In this document: positions 29,194 through 40,292 of the stretch, in pieces
How positions within the stretch are numbered: the first letter of the stretch is position 1
Layout of the letters: each line of letters begins with the position of its first letter
Assembly (NCBI GenBank): GCA_049322915.1
Contig: JBMOPW010000034.1
Span: 680,567-744,566, forward strand
Length of the DNA stretch: 64,000 nt
Direction of reading: 5' to 3'
Origin: Candidatus Zhuqueibacterota bacterium
GTDB lineage: Bacteria; Zhuqueibacterota; Zhuqueibacteria; Thermofontimicrobiales; Thermofontimicrobiaceae
Made by a program: the position numbers and the translations under genes
The notes under the pieces: model-generated
Database searches by the model: none
What the model was told of the DNA's origin: nothing
The model's input: only the letters and a program-made list of their open reading frames with translations

Positions 29194-30036
29194 ATGTACA
29201 AAAAATTCTTTGCAATCATCGCGATCATTTTCCTGGTTGGCTGTTCAAGCAGCTACAAGTTGCAGTACAAAGGGGCTCCGGGCGACATGCACCAATATAA
29301 AATCGATACGAATATGGACATGTCCATGGAAATGATGGGCAACGAAATGAATTTCACAACCCAGGTGCTCAATCTCATTTCCCAGAAAATCAATCAGGTC
29401 GACAACGAAGGCAACCTCACGGTCAGTTTCATGTATGATTCCCTCAGTTTTTCTTCCAACAGTCCGCAGATGGCCCAGGCGCAATCCATGGTCGATGAAA
29501 TGTTCAAAAAGGTCAAAGGCACCGAGTTCAAATGCAGCATTTCCAAACATGGCAAAGTTCTGAACATCGCTGAAATGGATAGCCTGATTCCGGGACAATT
29601 CAAGCAGATGGTCAACCCACGCCAGACGTTCACCTCGATTTCACCGTTCCTTCCACTGACGCCGGTGAAGATTGGTGATACCTGGACGTCCGACGATGTG
29701 ATTCCGGTGGAGAATAGTGGTCTCAACATGAAAGTGAATACGAAGAGCAATTTCACCCTCGTTGGGACGGAGAAGAGTGGTGAAAAAGAACTATTGAAAA
29801 TCACCTACACGAATAAAATGCTAATCGAAGGTGAGGGCGAACAGATGGGAATGTCCATGACAATCGAAGGCGATGGCGAAGGAAAAGGGCATTTCCTCTT
29901 TGATAAGAAAGCTGGAATGATCTTCGGGGCTGAATCTGAAACCGAGATGGACCTCACCATCGCGGTGAGCGGCGCGCAAAATATGACCATGCCCATGACG
30001 CAATTCATCAAAGCAAAAGTCAGTCTGGTGAAATAA
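29194..30036 (+). CDS. Met-rich beta-strand lipoprotein (DUF6263-like)
   Basis: Lipobox LVGC; LP..PVKIGDTW motif; SD AAGGGAG. Confidence 0.7.
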   Translation: MYKKFFAIIAIIFLVGCSSSYKLQYKGAPGDMHQYKIDTNMDMSMEMMGNEMNFTTQVLNLISQKINQVDNEGNLTVSFMYDSLSFSSNSPQMAQAQSMVDEMFKKVKGTEFKCSISKHGKVLNIAEMDSLIPGQFKQMVNPRQTFTSISPFLPLTPVKIGDTWTSDDVIPVENSGLNMKVNTKSNFTLVGTEKSGEKELLKITYTNKMLIEGEGEQMGMSMTIEGDGEGKGHFLFDKKAGMIFGAESETEMDLTIAVSGAQNMTMPMTQFIKAKVSLVK

Positions 30037-30048
30037 CCATTTTCGAGA

Positions 30049-30093
30049 GACGCCTTTGAGCGACATAACTGCTTCAAAGGCGTCCTGTATTTT
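30049..30093 (+). terminator. Probable terminator hairpin
   Basis: GACGCCTTTGA / TCAAAGGCGTC followed by a T-rich stretch. Confidence 0.6.
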
Positions 30094-30434
30094 ATGGCCA
30101 ATGCCACCTGGTATCGTCAATAAAACCGACGGATTTTATGTTGGTTCGGTTCGTTCACAGTCAGATTATCAGGAAAGGCGCTCCTGTCCGCCCTGCTCTG
30201 TCCGTTCAACCTCCACCATCCTGAAGTTTGAATATCGCCATGAAAACAGCTTGCAATTCATTTATTAAATCATTACATTGTCCTGAATTTTGAACAAATC
30301 AGCCGCAGCTTTGTATCGCAGCGTTTGCTCTGGTGAACCCACTCGGTCCCAAATGGATTCGAGGCAACCGTGTTTTTCTCCCGGGCTTCAATGGATGATG
30401 TGTACGGTTTTTCCCGAATGAAACAGTCACTTGC

Positions 30435-32666
30435 ATGGACATCTTTTTCCTGACATCCATTTTTTATCTGACCATTGGCGTGCTGCTCTTGCTGCTGGGC
30501 CTGCTCATTTTTCGAGAGAATCCCTCGCAGCGAATCAACCGGGCGACGTCTGTCATGATCTTCTTTGCCGCAATCGCTCCGATCATGGCTGCCTTTGGCC
30601 TGATCATCTTCAAAATGAACGCCCAGTTGAATATCAACATGGATTTCTTCAAGCGGATATTTCTGGTGTGGGAGTTCTTTTTCCCGCAATTGCTGTACTT
30701 CTCATTCCTGTTTCCGAGAGAACAGAAAATCATTCAGGACCTGCCGCGCATCATTTATTTCATCTACCTTCCCTACATTTTTCACTTCGCGGTTGTCCTG
30801 TGTTTTCACAGCTCAGAGTCCATTTTGGCGCTGGTGAATATTCCTCAATCGGAATCGACCGTGAGCACGGTGCTTCAGCCGTTGCAGATGATTGTCAACC
30901 TGTTCTTTTCCGGACTGAGCATTTTCTATGATTTCCATGTGAACTTTTTCGCGCTGATCAATCTCATTTACGTCATTACCGCGCTCATCATTATGTACAG
31001 GGGCTACCAGGCGCTCACCTCTCCGCGCATGCGACACCAGGTGGCGCTGGTGCTCTGGGGAATTCGGGTCAGCGTCGGGCTCTATGCCATCGCCTTCATT
31101 CTGCCCAAAATATTCCCCTTCAACGCGTCAGAAGTGATCAATTATTTTCTGACCATCATCGCGCTGTTGATTGGCGCGGTGTCCATTGCCTGGGCCATGA
31201 TCAAATATCAATTCCTCGACATCAGTCTCAGCATCAGCCGAAATTTTCTCTTCTCCATCTCCACCGCCTTGCTCCTGGGCGTTTACCTCGTCGTTTACGA
31301 TCGGATGAAACTGCTCACCCACACGTTCATCGGATTTGATCTTCCCGTTATGGAAGTCATTTTAATCATCATCGCAGCCATCGTTTTTCAGCCGACCCTG
31401 GCCGGGATCGAAAAAGTGTTGGACAGAATTTTTGGGCGGGACAAATCCGATTACCAGCACGTGCTCAAAATGCTGAGCCACGATATTCTCACCATCATGG
31501 ATATCGATGCGCTGAAAAACAAGATCACCACGACCCTGACGGAGAGCATGCGGTTGGAAAATGTCCATTTGATCATCGAAACCAAAACGCGGGATTATGA
31601 AGTGGTATGCGAAAGGGACGGAGAGACGATCTCGCACAGGTTTTCCAGGAATTGCGAATTCATCCGCCTCATGCGCACCTTTGAAAAACCGGTCAGCTAT
31701 GATGAAGTCATTGCCCGAACGACGCCCGGAAAAGAGGCGGACATTCTCAATCGAATGAACTGCTACCTGCTCATGCCACTGTCGCATCGCGGTCATCTGA
31801 ACGGCATTCTTTGCCTCGGCAATAAACTGACGCGAACATCCTTTTCAGCGGAGGACGCCACCCTGCTCAGCGTTCTCTCCGATCAAATTGCCATTGCTCT
31901 TGAAAATATCGACCTGTACAAAGACAAGCTGGAAAAGCAGCGGATGGAAGAAGAAATCTCCGTAGCGCGCGAGATTCAACGGATGCTGCTTCCCAACAAA
32001 ATTCCCAGCGGGAGAAATTTCGACATCTCCGCCATGAACGTCCCTTCCAAAGAAGTGGGCGGGGATTACTACGATTTTCTCCAATGGGATGACCACCACG
32101 TCGGCGTGGCCATTGGCGATATTTCCGGCAAGGGAATTCCCGGGGCCATGCTCATGTCCAATCTGCAGGCCACTTTTCGCGCGTCCGCATGGAAATCGCT
32201 GACGCCGGCCGAGATCATGAAGAAGGTGAATAACCAGATCTCGCACACGACATCGCCGGAGAAATACGCCACCTTTTTCTACGGAATTCTGGACGCCCGC
32301 GCCCTCACCTTCACATACACCAATGCCGGGCACAACTATCCCATATTCAAAAAGCACAACGGCCAGTATTGTCATTTGACCGGCGGCGGATTGATTGTGG
32401 GCGTGCAGCCGGACTTTGACTACGAAGAGACGTCCATTCAACTCGAGCCCGGGGATACGCTGGTATTTTACACTGACGGCATTACTGAAGCGCTCAATCC
32501 CAGTACTGAAGAATTCGGAGAGAAGAAACTGCTCCACATCATTCTGCAATCGGCCCATCGGACCGCCGAAGAACTGCGCAATTACATTTACGAGGAAGTA
32601 ACTCGATTCACGGGCGGGGAAAGTCAGTACGATGACCTGACGCTGATTGTGCTGCGGGTGTTGTAA
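30435..32666 (+). CDS. Membrane-bound PP2C/SpoIIE (RsbU-like) phosphatase with multi-TM N-terminus and GAF domain
   Basis: Hydrophobic N-terminal ~320 aa; GAF end QIAIALEN; AREIQ..LLP, VGGDYYD, GDISGKG, YTDGITE, DDLT. Confidence 0.92.
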   Translation: MDIFFLTSIFYLTIGVLLLLLGLLIFRENPSQRINRATSVMIFFAAIAPIMAAFGLIIFKMNAQLNINMDFFKRIFLVWEFFFPQLLYFSFLFPREQKIIQDLPRIIYFIYLPYIFHFAVVLCFHSSESILALVNIPQSESTVSTVLQPLQMIVNLFFSGLSIFYDFHVNFFALINLIYVITALIIMYRGYQALTSPRMRHQVALVLWGIRVSVGLYAIAFILPKIFPFNASEVINYFLTIIALLIGAVSIAWAMIKYQFLDISLSISRNFLFSISTALLLGVYLVVYDRMKLLTHTFIGFDLPVMEVILIIIAAIVFQPTLAGIEKVLDRIFGRDKSDYQHVLKMLSHDILTIMDIDALKNKITTTLTESMRLENVHLIIETKTRDYEVVCERDGETISHRFSRNCEFIRLMRTFEKPVSYDEVIARTTPGKEADILNRMNCYLLMPLSHRGHLNGILCLGNKLTRTSFSAEDATLLSVLSDQIAIALENIDLYKDKLEKQRMEEEISVAREIQRMLLPNKIPSGRNFDISAMNVPSKEVGGDYYDFLQWDDHHVGVAIGDISGKGIPGAMLMSNLQATFRASAWKSLTPAEIMKKVNNQISHTTSPEKYATFFYGILDARALTFTYTNAGHNYPIFKKHNGQYCHLTGGGLIVGVQPDFDYEETSIQLEPGDTLVFYTDGITEALNPSTEEFGEKKLLHIILQSAHRTAEELRNYIYEEVTRFTGGESQYDDLTLIVLRVL

Positions 32667-32844
32667 TTTTCAGCCGATGCAGCGCCGGACAGAAAAAGTT
32701 AAACGTAAATTGAGCGATTGACAAACAGCCTTCAGCCATCAACGCTATCGATCACCATGAACAGAAACATCTGCCGGGGTTCACCCTAGATTTTGTGGCT
32801 GAATAGTTGAATTTATTCCATTTGAACATGCTGCTTTTCTTATT

Positions 32845-32875
32845 GCTGAACGCTGAAAGCTGAAAGCTGATCGCT
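32845..32875. repeat. Heptamer tandem repeat GCTGA(A/T)N x4
   Basis: GCTGAAC GCTGAAA GCTGAAA GCTGATC GCT in the intergenic space. Confidence 0.6.
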
Positions 32876-32884
32876 TCTTTTAGG

Positions 32885-33646
32885 TCAGAGATAGTGAATC
32901 CGCTGCTTGAACTCATTCACATAGTTCTGACTGACCAAAATCTCCTGCCCATTTCTCATCATCAATTTCAGCCTGCCGCCGAACCATTTGTGAATCGATT
33001 CTATTTTCTCCAGATTAATGATGAACGACCGATGGACGCGACAGAACAGATCCGGGTCCAGTTTGTCTTCCAGCTCTTTCAACGTGAATGCGATGATGTA
33101 TTCGTCTTTGGCGGTTTGCAAAAAGGTATATTTTTCTTCCGCCTTGAAAAAGTGGATTTCGTGATCCGGGATGATAAAAATTCTATCGCCCACCTTGACG
33201 GAGAATCGCCTGATGACGCTCTGCTTTTTATCGACTGCTTTCAGGAGTCGTTCGAGGTCGAATGGAGCTGCACTGCCCTGTCGCACGATGGTTTCGACTT
33301 TCGAAATGGCCCGATCGAGTTTGGCTTGTGAAATCGGTTTGAGCAGATAGTCGATTGTGTTTTCTTCAAATGCCTGGAGCGCGTACTGGTCGTACGCTGT
33401 GGTGAAAATGATGTAGGGTGATTTTTCAAGTTTCGTCAGCATCTCAAATCCGGAAAGATGGGGCATTTTGATATCGAGAAAAATCAGGTCCGGGCGGGTC
33501 GATTCAACGAGCACAAGTCCCTCCTGTCCGTCGCTCGCTTCGCCCACAATTTCAATCGTCTCGGAGGCGTCGAGCATCCGCCTCAACCGGGAGCGGGCCA
33601 ATTTTTCATCATCGATAATGAGGGTTCGGATTTTCATCGGCAACAA
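32885..33646 (-). CDS. LytTR-family response regulator
   Basis: IIDDE, FLDIKMP, FTTAYD, DYLLKP; F.RVHRSFIINL. Confidence 0.95.
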   Translation of the reverse strand: MLPMKIRTLIIDDEKLARSRLRRMLDASETIEIVGEASDGQEGLVLVESTRPDLIFLDIKMPHLSGFEMLTKLEKSPYIIFTTAYDQYALQAFEENTIDYLLKPISQAKLDRAISKVETIVRQGSAAPFDLERLLKAVDKKQSVIRRFSVKVGDRIFIIPDHEIHFFKAEEKYTFLQTAKDEYIIAFTLKELEDKLDPDLFCRVHRSFIINLEKIESIHKWFGGRLKLMMRNGQEILVSQNYVNEFKQRIHYL

Positions 33647-33741
33647 TGCTTTCTTTGTGTGATTCGCAAATCAACCATGAGCAGGGAGCCACCCGGCGAC
33701 GCGCTTCATCCTGATGTCCGGCGCCGGAGATGGTTGGCCAT

Positions 33742-34803
33742 TCAATTCGTCCGGAGATGTTGATGCCCGGAAATCGGTATCCGCAGTTTCACCGTTGTGC
33801 CCTTGCCCGGTTCCGACGCAATATCCAGCCTGCCGCTATCCCCAAACAACAGCCGCAGTCGCTCCTGGATGCTGTACAGACCAAAGCCGGGATCCGCCTT
33901 CCCGGCGTCGAACCCGGCGCCATTATCCGTCACGGAAATGGCCAGGTGATCCGCTTCGTTTTTTATGTCGATTTCAACATGCACGGCCCGATTGTCCCGG
34001 CCGTGCGCGTGCTTGATCACATTCTCCACCAGGGGTTCAATCAGCAACCCCGGAATTTTTGTCGCTCGCAACGGCGCCGGACAAACGATTCGGAACGACA
34101 GATTCTCCTCGAAACGCAGCTTCTCCAATTCCAGCATGTCTTCAATCAGGTCAATCTCTTGGCTCAGGGTGATGAAATTCTGGTTGGAAATGAAGAAGAT
34201 TTTACGGTACAAATCCGAGAGCTGCACAATGCTCTCTTCCGCCTTTGCAGGATTATCATAGATCAACGCTGCCGTGGAATTCAGCGCATTGAACAGAAAG
34301 TGAGGATTGAGTTTCGCTTGCAGACTGCTCAGCCTGGCTTCCAATTCAATGCGCTTCAGTCGTTCATTTTCCACCTCGATTTCTTTGATCCGGGTTATCT
34401 TCTCCTCGAGGTTCTGCTTTAAAATCATATAGGCCGTTATGACAATGCTGGAAACCAATCCAAACACCAGGCTGAACAGGATGGGTTGCCTGGCCAGCGC
34501 GATTTTTTGCTTCAAAATCAAGCTGGCAGCAATGACGCCCAGGAACACCCCAACGACCACCAGGCTAATGAATAACGAGAAATAGGCAAGTCGGGGATAC
34601 CGGGAAATTCTGTCGTTGAAGTAACAAATGAGCGACGCGCAGAAAAACGTGCAGGTCATTGTATAAACGAAACTCTGGAGATAGACGTAGCGCCAGGGTT
34701 GCGCTGTCATGATGGTATGCAGCGTCCCGGACGCCAGAAAGATCACTAATGCAAATAAAGCGATGGTGTAAAAATGCTTTTTTTGACAGCCTTTCACGTT
34801 CAT
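33742..34803 (-). CDS. LytS/YehU-type sensor histidine kinase
   Basis: LQAKLNPHFLFNALN, LVEN.IKH, DNGAG, GFGL.SI.ERL; four N-terminal TM segments. Confidence 0.93.
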   Translation of the reverse strand: MNVKGCQKKHFYTIALFALVIFLASGTLHTIMTAQPWRYVYLQSFVYTMTCTFFCASLICYFNDRISRYPRLAYFSLFISLVVVGVFLGVIAASLILKQKIALARQPILFSLVFGLVSSIVITAYMILKQNLEEKITRIKEIEVENERLKRIELEARLSSLQAKLNPHFLFNALNSTAALIYDNPAKAEESIVQLSDLYRKIFFISNQNFITLSQEIDLIEDMLELEKLRFEENLSFRIVCPAPLRATKIPGLLIEPLVENVIKHAHGRDNRAVHVEIDIKNEADHLAISVTDNGAGFDAGKADPGFGLYSIQERLRLLFGDSGRLDIASEPGKGTTVKLRIPISGHQHLRTN

Positions 34804-36083
34804 AGATTCAGCCTGATTCCGCCTTCGATGGAAAATGATTGGAACAATTCACCGTACTCAGAGTGCGCCTTGCCCTCAAAGATATAACTTCTTCCATAAA
34901 AAGTAAAGTGATTTTTCAGGGTGAGAGCAATTTCAGGAATGGTGATGAAGCTGAGATCGTTCAGATTGATCAACGAGGTCGATTTCAGCTCGAGCGCTTC
35001 TGTCACCGGGATCGTGATATAGTTCATCACATAGTCTCTCATGGCGCCTTTCGAAGAGAACACGTTCGCGCTCCAAAGTAAATTCCCCCGGGCCAGTTCG
35101 CCGTAGGGAGTCGAAAAATACCCGCTGACAAATTCGACATGCCGGATGACTTGCTGCCATTCCTGTTTGGAATAACCCTGATCGCGATGGTAATACTCCA
35201 GGATCCAGCCTATGTTTTTCAGCAGGGTGTAATTTATCCCGATCACGTATTGATGATAAAATTGGTCATCATCCCGCTTCAGCAACGCCAGAGGGTACTC
35301 GTAGTAAAAAGTCTCAGCGTTGGTGATCGCCCGATGATAGACCTGGTAGCTGCCTTTCTGCGCGGCGAACTCCCCGTGTATTTCCAATCGCTCGCCAATC
35401 ACGTACGCAAAATTGCCGGCCAGAATCGGCGCCTCTGCTTTATTGGCCAACGCAATCAACGAGACATCGCAATCCAGAATATTCTTGTAGAGCCGAACCG
35501 CCAGCCTGGATTGCGAGGCGCGAATTTTTTCATCGAAATTCACCTCCGTCAGATAGGCCAGCGCAATCGAATAGCTCTCGCCGAAATACTCCAGCTTGGC
35601 AAGGTCATTGCCCTGCATCCGTCGCTCTGTATTATCCGGGTCGCTCAATTCTTTCTGCGGCGCAACCACATTGGCCGGATTGAAGGCATAGCCAGCGCCC
35701 CAGTTCAGCAGGATTCTGCCCGCCATCACGCTCAGATTCCCAAAGACATCTTTTTGAAAATAGAGCTGCTTGACCCGCAAATTTGCATCCCAGTCCGTTT
35801 CATACGTCGATGCGCCCAGCAGGTCGATGCGCCAGTCGACCGAGAGCATTCTCGCCTGCAGCGAAAGGTACTGGGAAAAATACCAATCCCGATTCACCAT
35901 GCCAATTTCATCCACAGTGATGTTGTCCGGGTTGAAAAGAGTGTTTCGGTAATTCATGTAACCCGTTTTATAGAGTCCGTAGGTCTGCCAGTTCATCCCA
36001 CAGAGTTTCACTGACAGGAGCAGAATGATGGGGAGGATAAATTTCATCATTTTTGAATTGATCATCATTTTGAATTTGTCCAA
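34800..36083 (-). CDS. Probable outer-membrane beta-barrel protein
   Basis: Signal peptide; LYF......GR....WG.GYAFNP motif; alternating aromatic strands. Confidence 0.7.
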   Translation of the reverse strand: MDKFKMMINSKMMKFILPIILLLSVKLCGMNWQTYGLYKTGYMNYRNTLFNPDNITVDEIGMVNRDWYFSQYLSLQARMLSVDWRIDLLGASTYETDWDANLRVKQLYFQKDVFGNLSVMAGRILLNWGAGYAFNPANVVAPQKELSDPDNTERRMQGNDLAKLEYFGESYSIALAYLTEVNFDEKIRASQSRLAVRLYKNILDCDVSLIALANKAEAPILAGNFAYVIGERLEIHGEFAAQKGSYQVYHRAITNAETFYYEYPLALLKRDDDQFYHQYVIGINYTLLKNIGWILEYYHRDQGYSKQEWQQVIRHVEFVSGYFSTPYGELARGNLLWSANVFSSKGAMRDYVMNYITIPVTEALELKSTSLINLNDLSFITIPEIALTLKNHFTFYGRSYIFEGKAHSEYGELFQSFSIEGGIRLNL

Positions 36084-36106
36084 TTATTCTTTACGACGGC
36101 AACCGC

Positions 36107-36829
36107 CTATAAATCCGTCACATGGATCAGATAATTTTTGTTGAAATATTTGACGGGTATTTTCTTTTCTTCGATCTTCAGATATTCAAAAATGGTTTTG
36201 CTGTTCTTGTTCAACTCGTCGTAAATGATCATCTTCTCCAATATCACCTTGCCGGCGAACGACCGAAACGTCTCGAAGAAAGCGGTTTTAATATGCTTGC
36301 CCGATGTGACGAAATATTCGGCTTTCACCGGGCGATAATCTCCCTGCCGGACGTAGAGAATAATTTTATGATAGGTGGCCGTTTTCTTCTTTGCCAGCAA
36401 CTGCAATTTATGACAGGCGATTTCGTTCACAGTTTCCCCGGCGATCATCCCGGCGGTGTAATCATCTGCCAGGCTCACGCGCGCCACATCGCCATTGGAG
36501 GCCTCCCCCATCAGTCGCTGGATCGGCGTGATCCGAATCGGGCGCTGGGAATTGGGCAATTGCACCCACATATTTTCTTCCACGTACAGCAGTTTCATAC
36601 CTTTGGTTTTATGTTCTCTGGCGACCACCAGACTTTTATCGTTGCCGTTCATGTACGCATCAAATATCGCCGTCTCTTTCAGTTCGTCATTTTCATACGT
36701 CGTGATCTTTGTCCTGACCAGAAATTCCTGATACGGCACGCGAAACGCATCGATTTTTTTAAGGATATCCTCCTGGGCAAACGCTGCCGTCGCCAGAATT
36801 GAGCATAGTATGAAAACAATTTTTTTCAT
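36107..36829 (-). CDS. Outer-membrane lipoprotein-sorting protein (LolA-like)
   Basis: Signal peptide; G.KLL....MW..LP...RPIRI, QRLMG.AS.GD. Confidence 0.8.
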   Translation of the reverse strand: MKKIVFILCSILATAAFAQEDILKKIDAFRVPYQEFLVRTKITTYENDELKETAIFDAYMNGNDKSLVVAREHKTKGMKLLYVEENMWVQLPNSQRPIRITPIQRLMGEASNGDVARVSLADDYTAGMIAGETVNEIACHKLQLLAKKKTATYHKIILYVRQGDYRPVKAEYFVTSGKHIKTAFFETFRSFAGKVILEKMIIYDELNKNSKTIFEYLKIEEKKIPVKYFNKNYLIHVTDL

Positions 36830-36986
36830 GTATCATTCTCCGAAATGGTATGACTTCGTTTTAGAGGTGCAACTCATTCTACTTGATCCGATTGAGCAAA
36901 ATATATCAGCCCGAAGTACGTTGAAATGGACTGTCTCCGCTTCATGGCACGGACGGAATGGGTGCATTAAAGCGCCGCCCGCCGGA

Positions 36987-38225
36987 TCAAATATGGCCAA
37001 GAGCATCCACGATTTTCATCTTCGTCACTTTCAACGCCGGCACAATGGTGGAGACAATGGCCACGAAGACTGTCGTGATGAATATCTGCGTGTAAAGCCC
37101 GATCTCGTTGCGGATGCTCAGCGGATAGCCATCGGTCATGCCCGGCGCCGGCGCCAACAGAATGTCGAAGTAATTGATGATCGTCGATCCGATGAGGGCG
37201 AATATTGCCGCGAACACTCCGCCAACAATGCCGATGAACAGCCCTTCAAAAAAGAACATCTTCAGCGTCTGCCATTTGGATGTTCCCAGGGACAATAATG
37301 TTCCAATTTCGGTAGTCCGCTCGACAATGGACATGATGATGGTATTGGCCGTGCTGAAAAACACGATGATGAATAAAACGAGGGACAAAAATCCAACCAT
37401 CTGATTATAGAACGTCTTCACGCGCTTATAATAGATCGCCATGTCTTCCCACTTTTTCAGGGAGATTGCATAGCCGTTTTGCTTTGCCAAGTCTGAAATT
37501 TGCTGGTAATAGGAATCGGTGCGTTCCGTCTGGTCCAGCGTCACCAGCAGCCGCTTCACCTTCTGGGTGTTCAACAGAATTTGCGCTGCCGACAAAGGTA
37601 TCACAATGGCGCGTTCGTCGTACTCGGGCGAGAAGCCACTGAACGTGCCGACGAATTTCAGATCAAGGGCATTGAGCGCGCCGTCGGCAGTCGTCGCCAT
37701 GACCGTCAGATAATCCCCGACTTTCGCATTCAGCGATTTTGCCAGCCCATTGCCCAGCGCGATGATTTGCACCTCGTCCGATCGGGCAATCAGCGAATCA
37801 TACACCGGCGTGTTGATATCGAATAGCGCGCGAAGTTGCTTCTCCTTTTCCGGCTCAACAGCCTGGCCGATGCACGCCACGGATTTATCGCCATTGGAAA
37901 TCAATCCCATCAGATCGATCCGGGCCAGCACCAGTTTGACGTCCTTCATTTTCATCAGATCCGTCCGGATGCGTTCGTAATCTTCCAGTCCGTATTGCAG
38001 CGCGGTCTCTTCTTCCCTGTCAAAAAAATCCTGGTGGTAAATCTGAAGATGCCCCGTCTCCGAGTGAATGGTGCTTTCCCGCAAGCCCCAGTTAATGAAC
38101 AACGAATGTCCCTGCGCCAATAGCAGACAGCCAATGCCGAATGTAATCACCAGCAGCGTCACGGCTGTCCGTCGTTTTTGCCTGAATAAACTTCGAAACC
38201 CAAGTTTCATGAATGTCATATCCAA
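36987..38225 (-). CDS. FtsX/LolE-like ABC transporter permease
   Basis: RSLFRQKRRT, GHLQI, NT..MSI.ERT.EIGTL.SLG, PA.K......DAL. Confidence 0.9.
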   Translation of the reverse strand: MDMTFMKLGFRSLFRQKRRTAVTLLVITFGIGCLLLAQGHSLFINWGLRESTIHSETGHLQIYHQDFFDREEETALQYGLEDYERIRTDLMKMKDVKLVLARIDLMGLISNGDKSVACIGQAVEPEKEKQLRALFDINTPVYDSLIARSDEVQIIALGNGLAKSLNAKVGDYLTVMATTADGALNALDLKFVGTFSGFSPEYDERAIVIPLSAAQILLNTQKVKRLLVTLDQTERTDSYYQQISDLAKQNGYAISLKKWEDMAIYYKRVKTFYNQMVGFLSLVLFIIVFFSTANTIIMSIVERTTEIGTLLSLGTSKWQTLKMFFFEGLFIGIVGGVFAAIFALIGSTIINYFDILLAPAPGMTDGYPLSIRNEIGLYTQIFITTVFVAIVSTIVPALKVTKMKIVDALGHI

Positions 38226-38316
38226 CTCCTGTCGCCTTGTATGTTTTCAAGTGATACCTATAATCCTAATCTGAACAAGATCAGCGGACGTTCCGCGCTG
38301 AACTTCACGGATTCAG

Positions 38317-38353
38317 AATCAGTGTAAATCTGTGTAATCCGCGTCATCCGTGT
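38317..38353. repeat. Short imperfect tandem repeat (ATC(A/T/C)G(T/C)GT)
   Basis: AATCAGTGTA AATCTGTGT AATCCGCGT CATCCGTGT. Confidence 0.5.
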
Positions 38354-38471
38354 TGTATTAAAAATGTATGAAATTGAAATTTTGTCATTGTTATTTATTT
38401 GTGATTTTGAAATTGTTTTTTGGAATTTACAGATTTTACAAATTCAGGTGAGAAGCCATTAAAAATCAAAT

Positions 38472-39152
38472 TCACCCGGCAATCTCGCCATCTTCCAAAT
38501 GGATGACCCGCTTGCCCCGTTCGATGATCTTCGGATCGTGGGATGAAAAGACGAATGATACTTTTTCATCCTGATTCAGTTTTTGCATCAGCTCGATGAT
38601 TTCCTTGCCGGTCTTCGAATCGAGATTGGCCGTGGGTTCATCGGCTAAAATGATCTCCGGCTTCTTCACAATGGCCCGGGCAATGGATACCCGCTGCCGC
38701 TGTCCGCCGGAAAGCTCATTAGGACGATGGCTTTTCCGCTCGTACAAGCCCACTTTTTGCAGCACGTCGTCGACGATTGTCTTCCGATTTTGCCTGGAAA
38801 TCCTTTTCAGGATCAGGGGATACTCCACATTTTCATAGACATTCATCACCGGGATGAGATTGAATGTCTGAAAAATGTAGCCCAGATGATCCCGGCGATA
38901 CGTGTAAAGTCCATTATGAAATTTATCCGCCAGATTGATATCCCCGAACCACAATTCTCCGGACGAGGGCGTATCGATGAGCCCCAGAATATTGAGCAGC
39001 GTGGTTTTGCCGCTGCCCGAGGGACCGGCAATCACCAAAAAACTCTGTTCCTCAATATCGAGACTGACGTCCCGGATCGCCTGGATTGTCGTCTTTCCCA
39101 GCGTGTATTCCTTCACGATATGTTTCATTCTAACAATGGTTCGATTGGCCAT
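38472..39152 (-). CDS. LolD/MacB-like ABC ATP-binding protein
   Basis: [38 protein letters not shown]. Confidence 0.93.
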   Translation of the reverse strand: MANRTIVRMKHIVKEYTLGKTTIQAIRDVSLDIEEQSFLVIAGPSGSGKTTLLNILGLIDTPSSGELWFGDINLADKFHNGLYTYRRDHLGYIFQTFNLIPVMNVYENVEYPLILKRISRQNRKTIVDDVLQKVGLYERKSHRPNELSGGQRQRVSIARAIVKKPEIILADEPTANLDSKTGKEIIELMQKLNQDEKVSFVFSSHDPKIIERGKRVIHLEDGEIAG

Positions 39153-39227
39153 TCTATGCTCCTTGTAAATTCAACCTGTCATTCCCTTCAAAATTAGCTG
39201 TAATCCGCGAGCGGCAATTTTGAACGG

Positions 39228-39893
39228 CTACTTGATTTTATCCAGCTTCTGCCGGGCTTTGGTCGCCAGCTCGGATTGTGGATCGAGTTCAATCACCTTT
39301 GCCAATTTCGCTCGCGCTTCCTGGTCTTGTTCATCTTTAGTCAGCGCCAGACCATAGTAAAAATAGTACGGTAACCAGAACGCCTTGGTCATGGTCTGCA
39401 GCCGCTCCTGTCCAAGTGATTCGATGTGTTTGAAATCCGCCAGCGCCGTTTTCAGCCGCTGGAACATGCCCGGCACAGAAGTCCCATTGATGGCGCGAAT
39501 CAGCCGAATCTCCGCCTCATCCGGATCCATGACCACGGCGCTATCCATGATGGCGAAGCCGCGCTTCATGTAACTCATTTTTTTCCAGGGAAGTTGCGCA
39601 TCCCTGGCTTTCTGGGTGAGCATCGAACCGTAGTAAACCATGGCCACGGCATTGTCCGGCGCCAACGCCATCAACTTCGACAGATACACATCCGCTTTTT
39701 TGACCGCGGACTTGTCCTCATGTTGACCGCCCAGATCGTGATAGGCTCTGCCGAGCTGAAACAGCAACTCCACATTGGCTGAATCCGATTGCAGTTGCTC
39801 TTCCCATTGGGGAATTTGGGCAGAAAGATTCACCGAAATGAACAGTCCCAACGCGGCGACCAGAATTATCAGGATACTTAGTCTGATTTTCAT
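39228..39893 (-). CDS. Secreted TPR-repeat protein
   Basis: Signal peptide; helical repeats (LFQLGRAY, YFYYGLAL...A...L.KVIELDP). Confidence 0.75.
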   Translation of the reverse strand: MKIRLSILIILVAALGLFISVNLSAQIPQWEEQLQSDSANVELLFQLGRAYHDLGGQHEDKSAVKKADVYLSKLMALAPDNAVAMVYYGSMLTQKARDAQLPWKKMSYMKRGFAIMDSAVVMDPDEAEIRLIRAINGTSVPGMFQRLKTALADFKHIESLGQERLQTMTKAFWLPYYFYYGLALTKDEQDQEARAKLAKVIELDPQSELATKARQKLDKIK

Positions 39894-40066
39894 TGCAATT
39901 ATCCTTTGGCTGATGGAGCGGTCAGCACTGAAACGAGGTCACGGGATTGGAAGTGAACTTACGCCAACCCGCTCCCTTTCAAACCACTCCAGTGAAAGTG
40001 CGGCAATTGAATTATTGTCACGTGCCTCAAGATAACACCCTTTTCATTAAGATGGAACGAAATAGA

Positions 40067-40118
40067 GATGAAGTCCGTTTTTGGCAGGATGAAATGATGT
40101 TTTTGAAGGATGAAATGA
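40067..40118. promoter_or_regulatory. Putative LytTR binding site: three direct repeats, 21-bp period
   Basis: GATGAA at 40067, 40088 and 40109; the last two extend to AGGATGAAATGA. Upstream of the operon ending in the LytTR gene. Confidence 0.7.
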
Positions 40119-40292
40119 AATCGATGCAGCGCAATTCACGTTGCCCTGCCCAATCGCCGGCGAGGGCGTCGGATCATTTCTTTGATCTGGCAACCGGCTA
40201 CCGCGCATTGATGGCAATGAAGTGAACCGGGGCGCACCCGATTCACTTCAGTCCAAAATTGCGAAAGAGAAAAGTATGGTCAGGTGTGAATT

